From Candidatus Komeilibacteria bacterium (GTDB lineage Bacteria > Patescibacteriota > Patescibacteriia > UBA1558 > 2-01-FULL-52-15), in NCBI GenBank assembly GCA_043801745.1, contig JAZDLR010000001.1, positions 24,374 through 88,373 on the forward strand: a stretch of DNA of 64,000 bases, written 5' to 3'. This document shows positions 10,468 to 21,396 of the stretch, one piece after another. The first letter of the stretch is position 1. Every line of letters starts with the position of its first letter. Made by a program: the position numbers and the translations under genes. The notes beneath the pieces were generated by a model, which did not search any database, was not told the origin of the DNA, and was given only the letters and a program-made list of their open reading frames with translations.

Positions 10468-10515
10468 CTAGACTATTAGGTTGCATCTCGGTATTATTAA
10501 GACAAGACAACTATA

Positions 10516-12324
10516 ATGAAAAAAATCGTCCGCAATATAATAATCTACGTTGGTCTTTTTGTTGTGCTGGCTATTATCTTGGCGGAATTTAGCCTTTCGC
10601 ACACTACTGTCAAAACCGTTGATATCGGCACCTTGATCAAAGAAATCAATGACCAACAGGTTGAACAAATTGTAGTCAAAGGCAGCGAAGTACAAATAAC
10701 TCTCAAGAATAAGGAAGAACAAAAAACCCAGAAAGAATCCACCGAATCACTCAGCTCTCTGCTGGCTAATCTTGGTGTAGCTCCGGAGAAATTAGCTAAT
10801 GTTAAGATTGAGGTGAAAAACGATGCCGCCGGATCTTTCCTCTGGACTACTATTGTGCCTTTTGTCCTACCCATTATCATTGTCGGGGTTATTCTCTGGT
10901 TTATGTTACGTCAGGTCCAGGGCGCCAATAACCGCGCTATGTCTTTTGGTCAGAGTCAGGTCAAACAAGCTTCAGCTGATAAAAATAAAGTCAGCTTCAA
11001 AGACGTGGCCGGTGCCATTGAAGCCAAAATTGAACTGGCTGAAGTTGTTGACTTTCTGAAAAATCCCCAAAAATTTATTAATGTGGGAGCTAAAATTCCT
11101 AAAGGTGTCCTGCTGCTGGGTTCGCCCGGAACCGGTAAAACTCTGCTCGCCCGCGCGGTGGCCGGTGAAGCTAATGTCCCCTTTTTCCATATCAGCGGTT
11201 CGGAATTCGTGGAAATGTTTGTTGGTGTCGGCGCTTCCCGTGTACGCGATTTGTTCAAACGGGCCCGTAAGGAAGCCCCCTGTATTGTCTTTATTGATGA
11301 AATTGATGCGGTCGGCCGCCAGCGCGGCTCCGGTCTCGGAGGCTCGCATGACGAGCGCGAGCAGACCTTAAATCAAATTCTGGTAGAAATGGACGGCTTT
11401 GATAACCAAACTAATGTTATTGTCATGGCTGCCACTAACCGTCCTGATGTACTGGATCCGGCATTACTACGTCCCGGCCGCTTTGACCGTCAAGTAATTA
11501 TTGACATGCCCGACCTGAAGGACCGCCAGGCAATTTTGGCCATTCACGCTACTAATAAACCCCTGGATCCGGACGTTGATCTAAAAGTAGTGGCCCAACG
11601 CACACCGGGATTTTCCGGCGCCGACCTGGCTAATGTTTTAAACGAAGCTGCTATTGCCACCGGCCGTCAGAATTTGAAAGTCATTTCTCAAGACACTATC
11701 CTCTCCTCTATTGAGAAAGTCATGCTTGGCCCGGAACGAAAAAGTAAAGTTATTACCGATAAAGAAAAAAAGATTATCGCTTATCATGAGGCCGGTCACG
11801 CTTTAGTAGCACATTTTCTGACAAACGCTGATCCGGTACACAAAATTTCTGTTATCAGCCGCGGCCGGGCCGGCGGTTATACCTTGAAACTACCCGAAGA
11901 AGACCGCACCTTACACAGCCGCGCCGAATTTGTCGATGATCTGGCAGTCATGCTTGGTGGTTACGCAGCGGAAAAAATTATCTTTAATGATATTACCACC
12001 GGCGCCTCCAGTGATTTACTGCACGCCACTCAATTAGCCCGGTCACTGGTAACTCAATACGGCATGAGCGAGAAACTCGGTCCCCGGACTTATGGTCAGA
12101 AAGAAGAAATGATTTTCCTGGGCCGCGAAATCCATGAACGCCGTGATTATTCGGAGCAAGCAGCCGAAGCCATTGACCGGGAAGTTACTTCCTTTATTGC
12201 CAGCGCTTTCCAGACTGCTGACAAGCTGATCCGCGAACAAAAAGAGAGATTAGAAAAAATCGTGGCCGCTTTGTTTGAGAAAGAGACATTAGAACGGGCA
12301 GAGTTTGAAGCTTTGATGGCTTAA
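10516..12324 (+). CDS. ftsH: ATP-dependent zinc metalloprotease FtsH
   Basis: N-terminal transmembrane helices, Walker [19 protein letters not shown], and the zinc site HEAGHAL. Confidence 0.95.
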   Translation: MKKIVRNIIIYVGLFVVLAIILAEFSLSHTTVKTVDIGTLIKEINDQQVEQIVVKGSEVQITLKNKEEQKTQKESTESLSSLLANLGVAPEKLANVKIEVKNDAAGSFLWTTIVPFVLPIIIVGVILWFMLRQVQGANNRAMSFGQSQVKQASADKNKVSFKDVAGAIEAKIELAEVVDFLKNPQKFINVGAKIPKGVLLLGSPGTGKTLLARAVAGEANVPFFHISGSEFVEMFVGVGASRVRDLFKRARKEAPCIVFIDEIDAVGRQRGSGLGGSHDEREQTLNQILVEMDGFDNQTNVIVMAATNRPDVLDPALLRPGRFDRQVIIDMPDLKDRQAILAIHATNKPLDPDVDLKVVAQRTPGFSGADLANVLNEAAIATGRQNLKVISQDTILSSIEKVMLGPERKSKVITDKEKKIIAYHEAGHALVAHFLTNADPVHKISVISRGRAGGYTLKLPEEDRTLHSRAEFVDDLAVMLGGYAAEKIIFNDITTGASSDLLHATQLARSLVTQYGMSEKLGPRTYGQKEEMIFLGREIHERRDYSEQAAEAIDREVTSFIASAFQTADKLIREQKERLEKIVAALFEKETLERAEFEALMA

Positions 12325-12340
12325 AAAATTTGGTATTTGA

Positions 12341-12380
12341 AAGCCCGCTCACCGGCCAGTGGCTGGATGAGCGGGCTTTT
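12341..12380 (+). terminator. rho-independent terminator after ftsH
   Basis: aagcccgctcacc...ggatgagcgggctttt. Confidence 0.6.
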
Positions 12381-12498
12381 GTTATCATACATCCCGACTT
12401 GACAAAAAACTTATTCTGTGTTTAGATACTTTATCTGCTCATTTACATTCAGTCATTTACCCTAGTCACTCTCACTACTCTCACGAAAGGAGAATCTA

Positions 12499-13545
12499 GT
12501 GAATCGGAATGCTCGCGACATCGCTGTGGCCTGCTTTATCGGCGGGTCAGCTCTGGTGCTACTGTCACTGATCCTAATACCTACACTGTGGTGGCTAGCT
12601 TTTCCGGCCGGTGCAGCCATTGGTTACTTTGGTTGGCGTTTCAGTCAGTCTGTGGCCGGCTTCAAGCTGGCCTGGACCCGCTACTGGCGAGGACTGGATC
12701 TGCAAGAAACTCTGACCGATATCAAAGATGTTTCTACGGCCTTGAGCCGAGCGATCGTGGCAGTAATTGCTACACATCTGTTGGGCGTTCTTGGCTTGAT
12801 CTCTGGCATGGTTCTGTTATGCCTGCTTGCGATTGTCAACAACGGACAGACGCTCAAGGCAGACTTTATACCCCTGTACAAGGAAGGGCTTACTGAATTT
12901 ATCAAGCTGACCCCATTCCTCACTCATCATTGGGGCTGGCTGATTCTGTGGTTTTCCGTGATTACTTTTGTCGGATATATGTTCCTGGCAATGTCCGCCG
13001 AAAGTCTGTTCTACCAACTCGCGAAGCGGAAGCAACATCTTGTTCACGACCTGGTCAGTGAACACGGCAATTACGACCACCATCCGGAGGTTAGAATTTC
13101 CACCTCACGGTTATTCTTCTATGCCTTACGCTTTGTGCTCTATGGCTGGCTAGTCTGGTATCTCGTACCAGGAACTATTTTTCTTGTCAGACACCTTATC
13201 AGAGGCGTTGCCTGGCTAGTGCTGAAGTTGGCGATTCTCCTGATAATTAAACTGCCAATTCTCCTGTTTTGGTGCCTGATCGGCCTCCCGGGGTTCATCT
13301 GGAATATCTTCCGCTTCATCCACACGCGGGAACGGCTAGTGGTGGCGGTGGATACTTTCCTTGGTGGTGGAGCAGTTGCCTGGTGGCTACATCAGTCCCA
13401 GCTTCAGCTGCCGCTGTGGCAGAATCTGCTGGCTGTGATTTTCGGTGGGCTAGCTGCCAGCATCATAGGAGTGGTCAACTATCAGTTGGTTGGCGTCAAG
13501 TGGCTCAAAACACTTCCGTCGGCCACTGAACGTTCCGAGATTTAA
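12499..13545 (+). CDS. hypothetical polytopic membrane protein (GC about 52%)
   Basis: GTG start 6 nt after the RBS aaggag. Several predicted transmembrane helices. Confidence 0.5.
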   Translation: MNRNARDIAVACFIGGSALVLLSLILIPTLWWLAFPAGAAIGYFGWRFSQSVAGFKLAWTRYWRGLDLQETLTDIKDVSTALSRAIVAVIATHLLGVLGLISGMVLLCLLAIVNNGQTLKADFIPLYKEGLTEFIKLTPFLTHHWGWLILWFSVITFVGYMFLAMSAESLFYQLAKRKQHLVHDLVSEHGNYDHHPEVRISTSRLFFYALRFVLYGWLVWYLVPGTIFLVRHLIRGVAWLVLKLAILLIIKLPILLFWCLIGLPGFIWNIFRFIHTRERLVVAVDTFLGGGAVAWWLHQSQLQLPLWQNLLAVIFGGLAASIIGVVNYQLVGVKWLKTLPSATERSEI

Positions 13546-13549
13546 CTTC

Positions 13550-13606
13550 AACCCCCGTTCGCGACTTGAGACATTCAAGAACGCGAACGGGGGTTGTGCT
13601 ATTTTT
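13550..13606 (+). terminator. rho-independent terminator with a long stem
   Basis: aacccccgttcgcg...cgcgaacgggggtt followed by gctattttt. Confidence 0.6.
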
Positions 13607-13689
13607 GGCAAAACATTGTATAATAAACGCAATATTAAATAACTTCGCCCATCCGCCGACAGCGGAGGCGGAAAATACAAATACTAAAT

Positions 13690-14700
13690 ATGAAACCATT
13701 TTATAAACAGGTAGTGGCGAATGCTTGGTCAGCTGCCCTCAATAAACGTTGGCTCTGGCCCTTAGCTTTTTTCGCCTCCTTCCTCGGCTTATCAAGCACC
13801 TTTCAGATATTTTTCGACATCATGCCTCAAGATAACGGCCTGGTAGTCGACATCACCCGGACCACCAGTCAAGACTTTCTGACGGCCAATTTTGTCGGCT
13901 GGAGCAACGGCTTTTATCAAATCCCCTGGACCAGAGTAACTTTTTCTGACATACCGCTTCTGGCCCTAATCATAATTTTACTCTTCATTATCTTAGGCCT
14001 AACGGTTATAGTGATCAGCGCGCAAGGCGGTTTAATCCACGGCTTAGCTGCTACCTTCAGCAACCGCCGTTCAGATTTTTTTACTAGTTTCCGCGCCGGC
14101 TTAGATCGCTTCTGGGAAATTTTTGTTGTCAACTTCTGCTACCGTCTAATATATCTTTTCTTCCTCGGTGCCATTATTTTACCTCTAATGATTATTGCAT
14201 CTCATGCTTCTCGGCCCTGGACCCTTTTCTGGTCAATCATAATCTTTTTCATTGCTTTGCCGGCAATAATTATCCTGGATATCGTGGCGCGCTTTACTGT
14301 CATGCAGGTTGTTTTGGCCAAAGGCAAACTAACCAAGGCTATCCGTACGGCTTGGGATTTATTTAAAGCTAACTGGTTAATCAGCATTGAAACCTCGCTG
14401 TTAATCTTTGCCCTGCTTTTCGTGCTGGTGGTTATTATTCTGATCATCTTCTATCTACTGCTGATGCTCTTTGTCTTCTTCGTTTCCTTGATGCCCGTGG
14501 GCACCATTTTCTTCCAAATAGTTCTCTTTACTGGTCTGATCGTGGCCCTAGTAATAGTAGTCGTGGCTTTTATCCTCTTTACTACTTTCCAGCTGGGAAT
14601 CTGGACAGAAATCTTTCAGCGCATTAACCGCGAGCAGCACTTCAGTAAAGTCCACCGTGCTGTCAGTCAACTACCCCTATTCCATAAGAAACTATTCTAA
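13690..14700 (+). CDS. hypothetical polytopic membrane protein
   Basis: A 336-aa ORF that is highly hydrophobic with about 8 predicted transmembrane segments. Confidence 0.5.
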   Translation: MKPFYKQVVANAWSAALNKRWLWPLAFFASFLGLSSTFQIFFDIMPQDNGLVVDITRTTSQDFLTANFVGWSNGFYQIPWTRVTFSDIPLLALIIILLFIILGLTVIVISAQGGLIHGLAATFSNRRSDFFTSFRAGLDRFWEIFVVNFCYRLIYLFFLGAIILPLMIIASHASRPWTLFWSIIIFFIALPAIIILDIVARFTVMQVVLAKGKLTKAIRTAWDLFKANWLISIETSLLIFALLFVLVVIILIIFYLLLMLFVFFVSLMPVGTIFFQIVLFTGLIVALVIVVVAFILFTTFQLGIWTEIFQRINREQHFSKVHRAVSQLPLFHKKLF

Positions 14701-14782
14701 GGGGAATTTATTGAGTTTTCACAATCACCGCGTCAATCGTGGTGATTGTTTTGTCTTGGCTGAACAGGTATAATTCTGATAT

Positions 14783-16513
14783 ATGCCACTATTTAAAAAA
14801 CCTCAACACCTCGATACTTCTGCCCAGGACGAGCAACATCCTCACGTGATTTTGGCGACCAGTGATACAGAAAAAAAGCTGGCCAACAAATTAGAGGAAA
14901 TTGATACAGAAAATTTGGAGCACGAGGCCAAAACCAAGGCTGAGCAATTGAGTCTTAAATATATTGACTTACGAAAATTACCGATTGCCCAGGATGCCAT
15001 GCAGCTATTATCTGAAGATCAATCCTTAGCTTTGCAGGCTGTAGTTTTTTTGTTTAACGATAACATTATCCGTATTGCCTCTACTAATCCCCAGAATCCT
15101 CAACTGGGGGCCAAAATTAAGGAGTTAGAAGAGCGCTATTCGGCTCAGGTTATTGTCTATTACGTTTCCGAACAGAGCTTACAGCAATCTCTGGACAAAT
15201 ATTCCCGTATTCCCAAGATCATTGAATCTATCAGTGGTGGCGTAGAGATCAAAGAAGAAGATATTAAAAAATATGAAGCTGGTATTGCCACTTTCCAAGA
15301 TCTTAATAGTTTTATCCAAAAGGCGGCCATCAGCGATATTATCGCCATCATTCTGGCAGCAGCGCTAAAATCTGAAGCTTCCGACATTCATATTGAAGCT
15401 GAAGAAAACCAAGTTAAGTTCCGCTTCCGCATTGACGGCGCCTTGCACGATACCGCCAGTCTGCCGATAGAACATTGGGCCAAAATCATTTCCCGCGTCA
15501 AATTAGTGGCACGTTTAAAACTCAATATCACCGCTCATCCACAGGATGGCCGCTTTACCATATTCATTGACAAGAAAAAAATTGAAGTCCGCGTCTCTAC
15601 TGTACCGACCAGCTACGGCGAAAGTGTAGTCATGCGTATCTTGCGGCAGGATGATTCGGTCTTCAACTTTGATAATCTGGGTTTGCGGGGAAAATCCTAT
15701 AGTGAGTTGCAGGTACAAATTAAGAAGCCTAACGGCATGATTATCTGTACCGGTCCAACCGGTTCGGGTAAAACTACTACACTCTATGCTGTGCTCAATC
15801 TGGTCAATAGTACGGAAAAAAAAATCATCACCTTAGAAGATCCGATTGAATACAAAATACCCGGCATTAATCAAAGTCAAATCGATTCGGCTGGCAACTA
15901 TTCATTTTCCGACGGTTTGCGCTCCATCCTGCGTCAAGATCCAGACATCATCATGGTGGGTGAAATCCGCGATCTGGAAACAGCCGAAGTCGCCATTAAT
16001 GCCGCTCTGACCGGACATTTAATGCTTTCCACCATGCATACTAATAGCGCCGCCGGTGCCATCCCCCGTTTATTAGCTATGGGCGTCAAACCTTTCTTGC
16101 TAGCTCCATCCATTAATGCCATCGAGGCGCAACGTCTGGTACGTAAACTCTGTCAGTATTGTAAAAAACCCGCCGAGCTGGATAATGCCACCATGACCCT
16201 GGTTCTTAACGAACTCAATAAATTATCACCCGAATCTGGTTACAAAGTTGATAATTTAAATACTGTAACCTTCTACACCTCTCCTGGCTGTGAAAAATGT
16301 CACGGACTAGGTTATAAAGGTCGCATTGGCCTATTTGAAATCCTAACCATGTCTCCGGCAGTAGAAAAATTAATCCTATCCGGCACAGTCTCAGAATATG
16401 ATTTGGAAGATTTAGCCGTTAAAGCCGGGATGGTCACTATGATTCAGGACGGAATACTAAAGTCCCTTGAAGGGATAACTTCTATTGACGAGGTGTTGAG
16501 TAAAACTGAATAA
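14783..16513 (+). CDS. pilB: type IV pilus / type II secretion assembly ATPase (GspE/PilB family)
   Basis: Walker [18 protein letters not shown], a Cys-tetrad region (CQYC...CEKC), and the GspE_N-like N-terminus. Confidence 0.85.
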   Translation: MPLFKKPQHLDTSAQDEQHPHVILATSDTEKKLANKLEEIDTENLEHEAKTKAEQLSLKYIDLRKLPIAQDAMQLLSEDQSLALQAVVFLFNDNIIRIASTNPQNPQLGAKIKELEERYSAQVIVYYVSEQSLQQSLDKYSRIPKIIESISGGVEIKEEDIKKYEAGIATFQDLNSFIQKAAISDIIAIILAAALKSEASDIHIEAEENQVKFRFRIDGALHDTASLPIEHWAKIISRVKLVARLKLNITAHPQDGRFTIFIDKKKIEVRVSTVPTSYGESVVMRILRQDDSVFNFDNLGLRGKSYSELQVQIKKPNGMIICTGPTGSGKTTTLYAVLNLVNSTEKKIITLEDPIEYKIPGINQSQIDSAGNYSFSDGLRSILRQDPDIIMVGEIRDLETAEVAINAALTGHLMLSTMHTNSAAGAIPRLLAMGVKPFLLAPSINAIEAQRLVRKLCQYCKKPAELDNATMTLVLNELNKLSPESGYKVDNLNTVTFYTSPGCEKCHGLGYKGRIGLFEILTMSPAVEKLILSGTVSEYDLEDLAVKAGMVTMIQDGILKSLEGITSIDEVLSKTE

Positions 16514-16533
16514 TCAGACTAAAAAAACAAATT

Positions 16534-16572
16534 GCCCCTCACCAGCCATTGGCTGGTGAGGGGCTTTGGTTT
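16534..16572. terminator. bidirectional terminator
   Basis: gcccctcaccagcc-attg-gctggtgaggggc followed by tttggttt. Confidence 0.6.
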
Positions 16573-16843
16573 ACACGAAGTACCGGCGGAAGACGAGCCC
16601 TCCCCAGATGCCCAGCACAACTCCGGTTAGAAGCAACATCAGCGCCAAGATGCCGTTAATCGCCATTGCCGGCCAGTGCGGTGATTTGGTCGTAGCCAGA
16701 ATAGCAGCACCCATGATCGGCACTGCCCCGCCCGAAATCAAAACAGCACCAAATAATCTGTTTCTCAATTTCGGCCTCCCAGCACCAGAGTCTCCCAATA
16801 TTGCCGCACGGCAACTGCTGCCGCCGCGGCCATCAGTTGACAC
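16571..16843 (-). CDS. hypothetical small membrane protein in a GC-rich island (about 58% GC)
   Basis: The C-terminal hydrophobic stretch INGILALMLLLTGVVLGIWGGLVF. It overlaps the next ORF in another frame, so the gene structure is uncertain. Confidence 0.25.
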   Translation of the reverse strand: MSTDGRGGSSCRAAILGDSGAGRPKLRNRLFGAVLISGGAVPIMGAAILATTKSPHWPAMAINGILALMLLLTGVVLGIWGGLVFRRYFV

Positions 16844-17112
16844 ACCCGTTCAGGACTGGACAGTCGCCCCATCTCCAGACTCTTACTGGCCGATTCGCCA
16901 CCGGCGGCGTGAGGGGGAACAGAACCCAAACCATTCACCGGGTCATCAGAAATCTCCACCTGGGAGATAACTTCAACTCCTGGCGGAGGTACAGAGCCAG
17001 ACGCACCGGTGATTTCTCCGGTGGCATCTCTTACGACGAACACGTAGTCCATGGCTGCCTCTTTCGGTTGAGGGTGTTTAAGAAAAGTACGCAAAACGGT
17101 CACTCTGACCAT
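16765..17112 (-). CDS. hypothetical protein, GC-rich island; may be one frameshifted gene together with 16571..16843
   Basis: The ORF overlaps the downstream ORF by 79 nt in a different frame. No recognisable domain. Confidence 0.25.
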   Translation of the reverse strand: MVRVTVLRTFLKHPQPKEAAMDYVFVVRDATGEITGASGSVPPPGVEVISQVEISDDPVNGLGSVPPHAAGGESASKSLEMGRLSSPERVCQLMAAAAAVAVRQYWETLVLGGRN

Positions 17113-17136
17113 TGGTCAAGAGTATGCCTCAGTTTA

Positions 17137-17175
17137 ATTTGCCAGTCAACCCCATTAGAACATTATATTTTAACG
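17137..17175. repeat. palindromic element, copy 2 (CCCCATTAGA...TTAACGGGG variant)
   Basis: tcaaccccattagaa-cattatatt-ttaacggggttaagc. Confidence 0.5.
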
Positions 17176-17186
17176 GGGTTAAGCAA

Positions 17187-17298
17187 TATTAAATACCTCA
17201 CCTGTCCTCTCCTTCAAAAGGAGAGGAACGCTATTTAAGTGGCTTGCCCCCTACTGTTCCACCATACATCACCCCTCTCCTTTTCTAAGGAGAGGGTT
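17187..17298. mobile_element. MITE-like element with terminal inverted repeats, copy 1
   Basis: cctcacctgtcctctcctt ... aaggagagggttggggtgagg, with internal hairpins ctctccttcaaaaggagag and ctctccttttctaaggagag. Copies 2 and 3 are at 35172 and 62431. Confidence 0.6.
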
Positions 17299-17325
17299 GG
17301 GGTGAGGTTGTCTAATAACATGGCG

Positions 17326-19970
17326 TTACTCTAACTTCACCCTAGCATCAGCCAACTTCTTCTTTACTTCGTCCACCACCTTTCGCGGCGCACGGGAAGT
17401 AAAATTACTATCGGCTAATTTGGCTTCTAAATCGGCAATATATTTTTTCAATTCGGTCTGGTCAACGCTTTTCTCAACTCCCTGAATATCGGTAATTAAT
17501 CTAAACCAACTACCTTTTAGTTCCAGCTTTGATTCCACCTGATCTACCAGCTTCACGCGGCCTAGTGTTTCAATAAATGGCTTCAACGAATCGATCTTTG
17601 GCTGACCAATATACTGTACCTGACTAATCGTAGCCGCTGCTACTTTATTTTCCGCGCGGGCATTACGTAATACGGTCACAATTTCCTGCAATTTCTTCAT
17701 CTCTTCCGCTGCCCCGGTTACCGAGCCCCGATTACCGGTTACTGACGCCTCCTCCGGCCACTGCTCAATCATCAACAACTTATCCTTATTCACCTGTCCC
17801 CAAATTACTTCAGTCACAAACGGAATAAACGGATGCCAGAGCTTAAGTAGATTCTGCAACAAATATAATAATAAGCCATCGCGGTCTTTTTTGGTCTCGG
17901 GTTTAATCCGATTCTCAATTTTCGCAAGCTCGAGATACCAATCCGCGAACTTAGACCAGGTAAAATCGTAAAGTTTTTCCGCGGCCAGAGAAAACATTTT
18001 TTCGTTTAATAAATTGGTTACTTCCGTCACTAACCCGGTATACTCGTACCAAATCCAATAATCTATGTCACCGGATAAAACCGGCAGTTCTTCGATTAAT
18101 TTCGGCTGTTCAACACTGGTTAAGATAAAGCGGGAAATATTCCACAGCTTATTAATAAAGTTGCGGTAGCCCTGAATCTTTTCCGTGTAAAATTTAGAGT
18201 CACTGCCAGGACTAATACCGGCAATTAAACTCAAACGCAATGAATCCGCGCCATACCGACGGACAATATCCATCGGATCAATGCCATTACCTAAGGACTT
18301 AGAAAACTTTTTGCCTTCCGTATCGCGCAACATACCGTGGAAATAAACTTCCCGAAACGGAATTTGATCCAGAGCATACGTGGACATCATAATCATGCGT
18401 GCCATCCAGAAAAACAGCAGTTCATAACCCATCTGCATCCAGGCTGTCGGATGATACTGCTTCAAATCAGGAGTTTCTTTTGGCCAGCCGAGAGTGCTGA
18501 AAGTCCAAGTGCCGGAGGAAAACCAAGTATCAAGAGTATCTTCATCTTGCTGCCAGCCATCGCCAATTGGCGGTGTTACTCCGACGTACATTTCGGAGGA
18601 GTTAGTAGAAAGAAGCAAGGAGGAAGGGTTATCTTCCCTAGCTTCTTTCTCCTTTCTCCTGTCCTATACCAAACCGGAATCCTGTGGCCCCACCAAATCT
18701 GCCGGCTAATACACCAATCATGTAAATTATCTATCCACTGTAAATAACTTTTGCTAAAGCGCTCGGGCTGAATCGCAATTATATTCTCTTTCTTGCCACC
18801 GTGCCCAGTAGTTACTGCTTCACGCATCAGATCTTTCAGACTTTTTCCTTTTTTAGGAATCTGCTTATTGACATCAACAAACCACTGCAGTTTAATCTGC
18901 GGTTCCACTGGCACGTTGCCGCGGTCACTGATGGCCACGCGGTGAAGATAATCTTTTTTCACGTCATAAACTAAACCTTTTTTCTCAAGTTTCTGAACAA
19001 TCTTAGCTCGGGCTTCGCTAATGCTTAAACCCGCGAATTCTCTGGCAATAGGCAGCATTTTTCCGTCAAAGCCAATAATCTGCACTTTATCTAATTTATG
19101 CCGTTCAGCAATATCAAAGTCAACGCTGTCATGCCACGGCGTAATGGTCATGGCGCCAGTGCCAAATTCCGGATCAATAACTTTATCCTTAATAACCGTG
19201 GCCTTCACCGGACCGTTAATCCATTCGCAGTCAAAAGTATCACCATGCTTATATTTCCAATAACGCTTATCATCCGGATGCACCACGACATATTTATCGC
19301 CCAATTTAGTTTCCGGCCGGGCCGTAGTAATGATAAACGGCCCAAAGTGAAAATAATATAAGGGAATATTTTCTTCCTGCCAAACCAGTTCATCATCAGA
19401 AACCGTGGTCGCTAGTTTCGGATCCCAGTTAACGATCCGGTGTCCACGGTAAATCAAGTTATCATTATACATCCGGATAAACATCTCATTTACTGCCGCT
19501 GATCTCTGCTCATCAAAAGTATAAGCCAACCGTGACCAATCACAGCTGGTACCCATAATTCTAATTTGCTTTAATATCGTTTCCCGTGATTTATCCGCGT
19601 AATCTTTGATTAGCTGTAATAATTTCTCGCGACCCAATTCTGTCCGTGGATCTTTATATTTACCCGAAGCAATTAATTCTTTCTCTACCCGTGCCTGCGT
19701 GGCTACGGCCGCGTGATCAGTACCGGGCAGTAACAAAGTTTTCTTGCCCAGCATGCGTTGATAGCGGATCTGTAAATCCATCAGAGCATTTTCCATCGCA
19801 TGGCCCAAATGTAAAACTCCGGTCACATTTGGCGGCGGCATCATAATGGCATAGGGCTCACCTAAACTCGTGGCTAATTTATCCGGATTAAAATATCCTG
19901 AACTTTCCCAGATATGATAAATATCTGATTCGTAATTCGCTGGGTTATATATTTTTGGTAATTCTTTCAT
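17326..19970 (-). CDS. valS: valine--tRNA ligase, split by a frameshift into two ORFs (18576..19970 and 17326..18618)
   Basis: The N-terminal ORF carries PPPNVTGVLHLGHA (HIGH) and WCISRQIWWGHRIPVWY. The C-terminal ORF carries DTLDTWFSSG and KFSKSLGN (KMSKS). The frames change within a purine-rich/pyrimidine-rich segment of about 74 nt between the IPVWY and EMYVGV codons. Confidence 0.85.
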
Positions 19971-19988
19971 AGTATTATGTTTGTCCTT

Positions 19989-20053
19989 CCCCTCCTTACT
20001 AAGGAGGGGTAAGGCCCGCCCGCCTGCGAAGCGCAGCGAGTCGGGCGGGGGTG
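19989..20053. repeat. GC-rich nested-hairpin repeat (CCCCTCCTTACTAAGGAGGGG family), copy 1
   Basis: cccctccttactaaggagggg followed by gcccgcccgcc...cgggcgggggtgg. Related copies lie at 54996-55062 and 58600-58685. Confidence 0.5.
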
Positions 20054-20390
20054 GTAAAAAAATAAAACGCCAATAATAACTATTCGCGTTAACGGCCCCG
20101 CACCAAGCGCCGCGCTGGTGCGGGGCAAGCCCCGACAGCTGACGACACTAGATACAGAGAGACACCACCTTTAACAATACTCAATTTTCGCTGTAACGGA
20201 GCGCCCCGGCACGTTCTACTACCCTTGGTAGGGATTCTTCGAGCTACTCTTCCGCACAACTAAGCGGAATTTCTAGGAGACATTACCTAGATCTAGAGTA
20301 TTTATGTTTTCAAATCGACACCCCTTTTAATTTGGCTTTTGGATAGCCATACCGAGGCGCACTTTTAATGTAGCTCTGGGCTTATAAATA

Positions 20391-20432
20391 GTCAACCCCG
20401 TTAGAAACGCATTATTTCTAACGGGGTCAAGC
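20391..20432. repeat. palindromic element, copy 3 (perfect arms)
   Basis: gtcaaccccgttagaaa-cgcatta-tttctaacggggtcaagc. Confidence 0.6.
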
Positions 20433-20506
20433 AAATTTAAAGAGCCCCGCGCATTTCTGCACAGGGCTCCACGGACGTGATGTCCGGAATGGGTTACGTT
20501 TGCTAA

Positions 20507-21127
20507 CTAGCTGGCAGGGCTGATACGGACAGCGGCGTAAAGGACCTCAAATTCCTGCAGCTTATCTACCCATATCGGCCCCACACTCAAACGTCCAGCA
20601 TCTCTATAAATATTGGCCACACGCTCCCGCTCGGCAAAGAGCCACGTAGTTCCGAGAGCAACTACGGTGGCCCTAGGATTGAAACCGGGAAGCGCTCCGA
20701 GAGCCAACAGCTCTTCGGCTCTGGCCGGCCGGTATCCAACACGCCTCATGCGGCACACTGCTTCCCGCGGACTGACGCTCCGCGAGAAGGGGAAAAGCTC
20801 TATGACAACCGGCACCTTTCCCCGGCCCCTGAGTTTGATGTCGAAGGCCGCCGTATCAAGGCAACGGTGCGTGTAACTGCCCAAATCCATCATGTGTGAC
20901 AGATCTAGGGAATAGTCCACAATTACGGAGAAAATCTGACGACCAGCGGTAAGTGATTCGGCAATTAGTTTGGCGATCTTCTTGCGAAGGTCGCCATCCG
21001 TGTGCACATTGCTCAACGCTTCGTCGGTCCTCTCACCGACCAGAGCACGAACGTCCTCGGCGATCCATTTGAACATTTCGCCCAAAACGCCTACATTGCT
21101 CACGAATCCACTCCAAGAACAAGCCAT
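20507..21127 (-). CDS. hypothetical protein in a GC-rich single-gene cassette (about 57% GC)
   Basis: A 206-aa ORF bracketed by palindromic elements at 20391-20432 and 21337-21365. No recognisable motif. Confidence 0.5.
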   Translation of the reverse strand: MACSWSGFVSNVGVLGEMFKWIAEDVRALVGERTDEALSNVHTDGDLRKKIAKLIAESLTAGRQIFSVIVDYSLDLSHMMDLGSYTHRCLDTAAFDIKLRGRGKVPVVIELFPFSRSVSPREAVCRMRRVGYRPARAEELLALGALPGFNPRATVVALGTTWLFAERERVANIYRDAGRLSVGPIWVDKLQEFEVLYAAVRISPAS

Positions 21128-21336
21128 GGTTAGCCTCCTTCGTCGGCGTACCTCGTATCCCGCGCTTTGCAGGACGTAGGCGTACCGCTCTCTGGGGTAA
21201 TCTATATGGAAGCAGTGAAAACTGCCTATTTACTAGCTATGTTGTAATGTGCGTTGAATAACATAATAATAGCATATACATCAAAATCTGTCAATGGTTC
21301 GGCAAGCTCACCACATAAAAAAATGGCTATTATTAG

Positions 21337-21365
21337 CCACGTTAGAGAGCTGGTCTCTAACGGGG
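21337..21365. repeat. palindromic element, copy 4
   Basis: ccacgttagagag-ctgg-tctctaacgggg, embedded in a larger palindrome atggcta...tagccat. Confidence 0.5.
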
Positions 21366-21396
21366 TAGCCATATACTGCTCAAAATATCCCTAATA

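Noticed and set aside
16566-16970. Plus-strand 134-aa ORF in the GC-rich island
   Set aside because: It is a Pro/Arg-rich low-complexity translation typical of an out-of-frame reading of GC-rich DNA. Minus-strand readings are kept instead, with low confidence.
20060-20340. RNase P RNA, SRP RNA or tmRNA in the 280-nt gap between valS and the GC-rich gene
   Set aside because: A GC hairpin is present (20094-20126). None of the conserved motifs of these RNAs is visible (GGAAAGTCCGG, AGGGCAGG, the SRP domain IV GGAA/AGCAGCC motif, or the tmRNA tag region), so no call is made.
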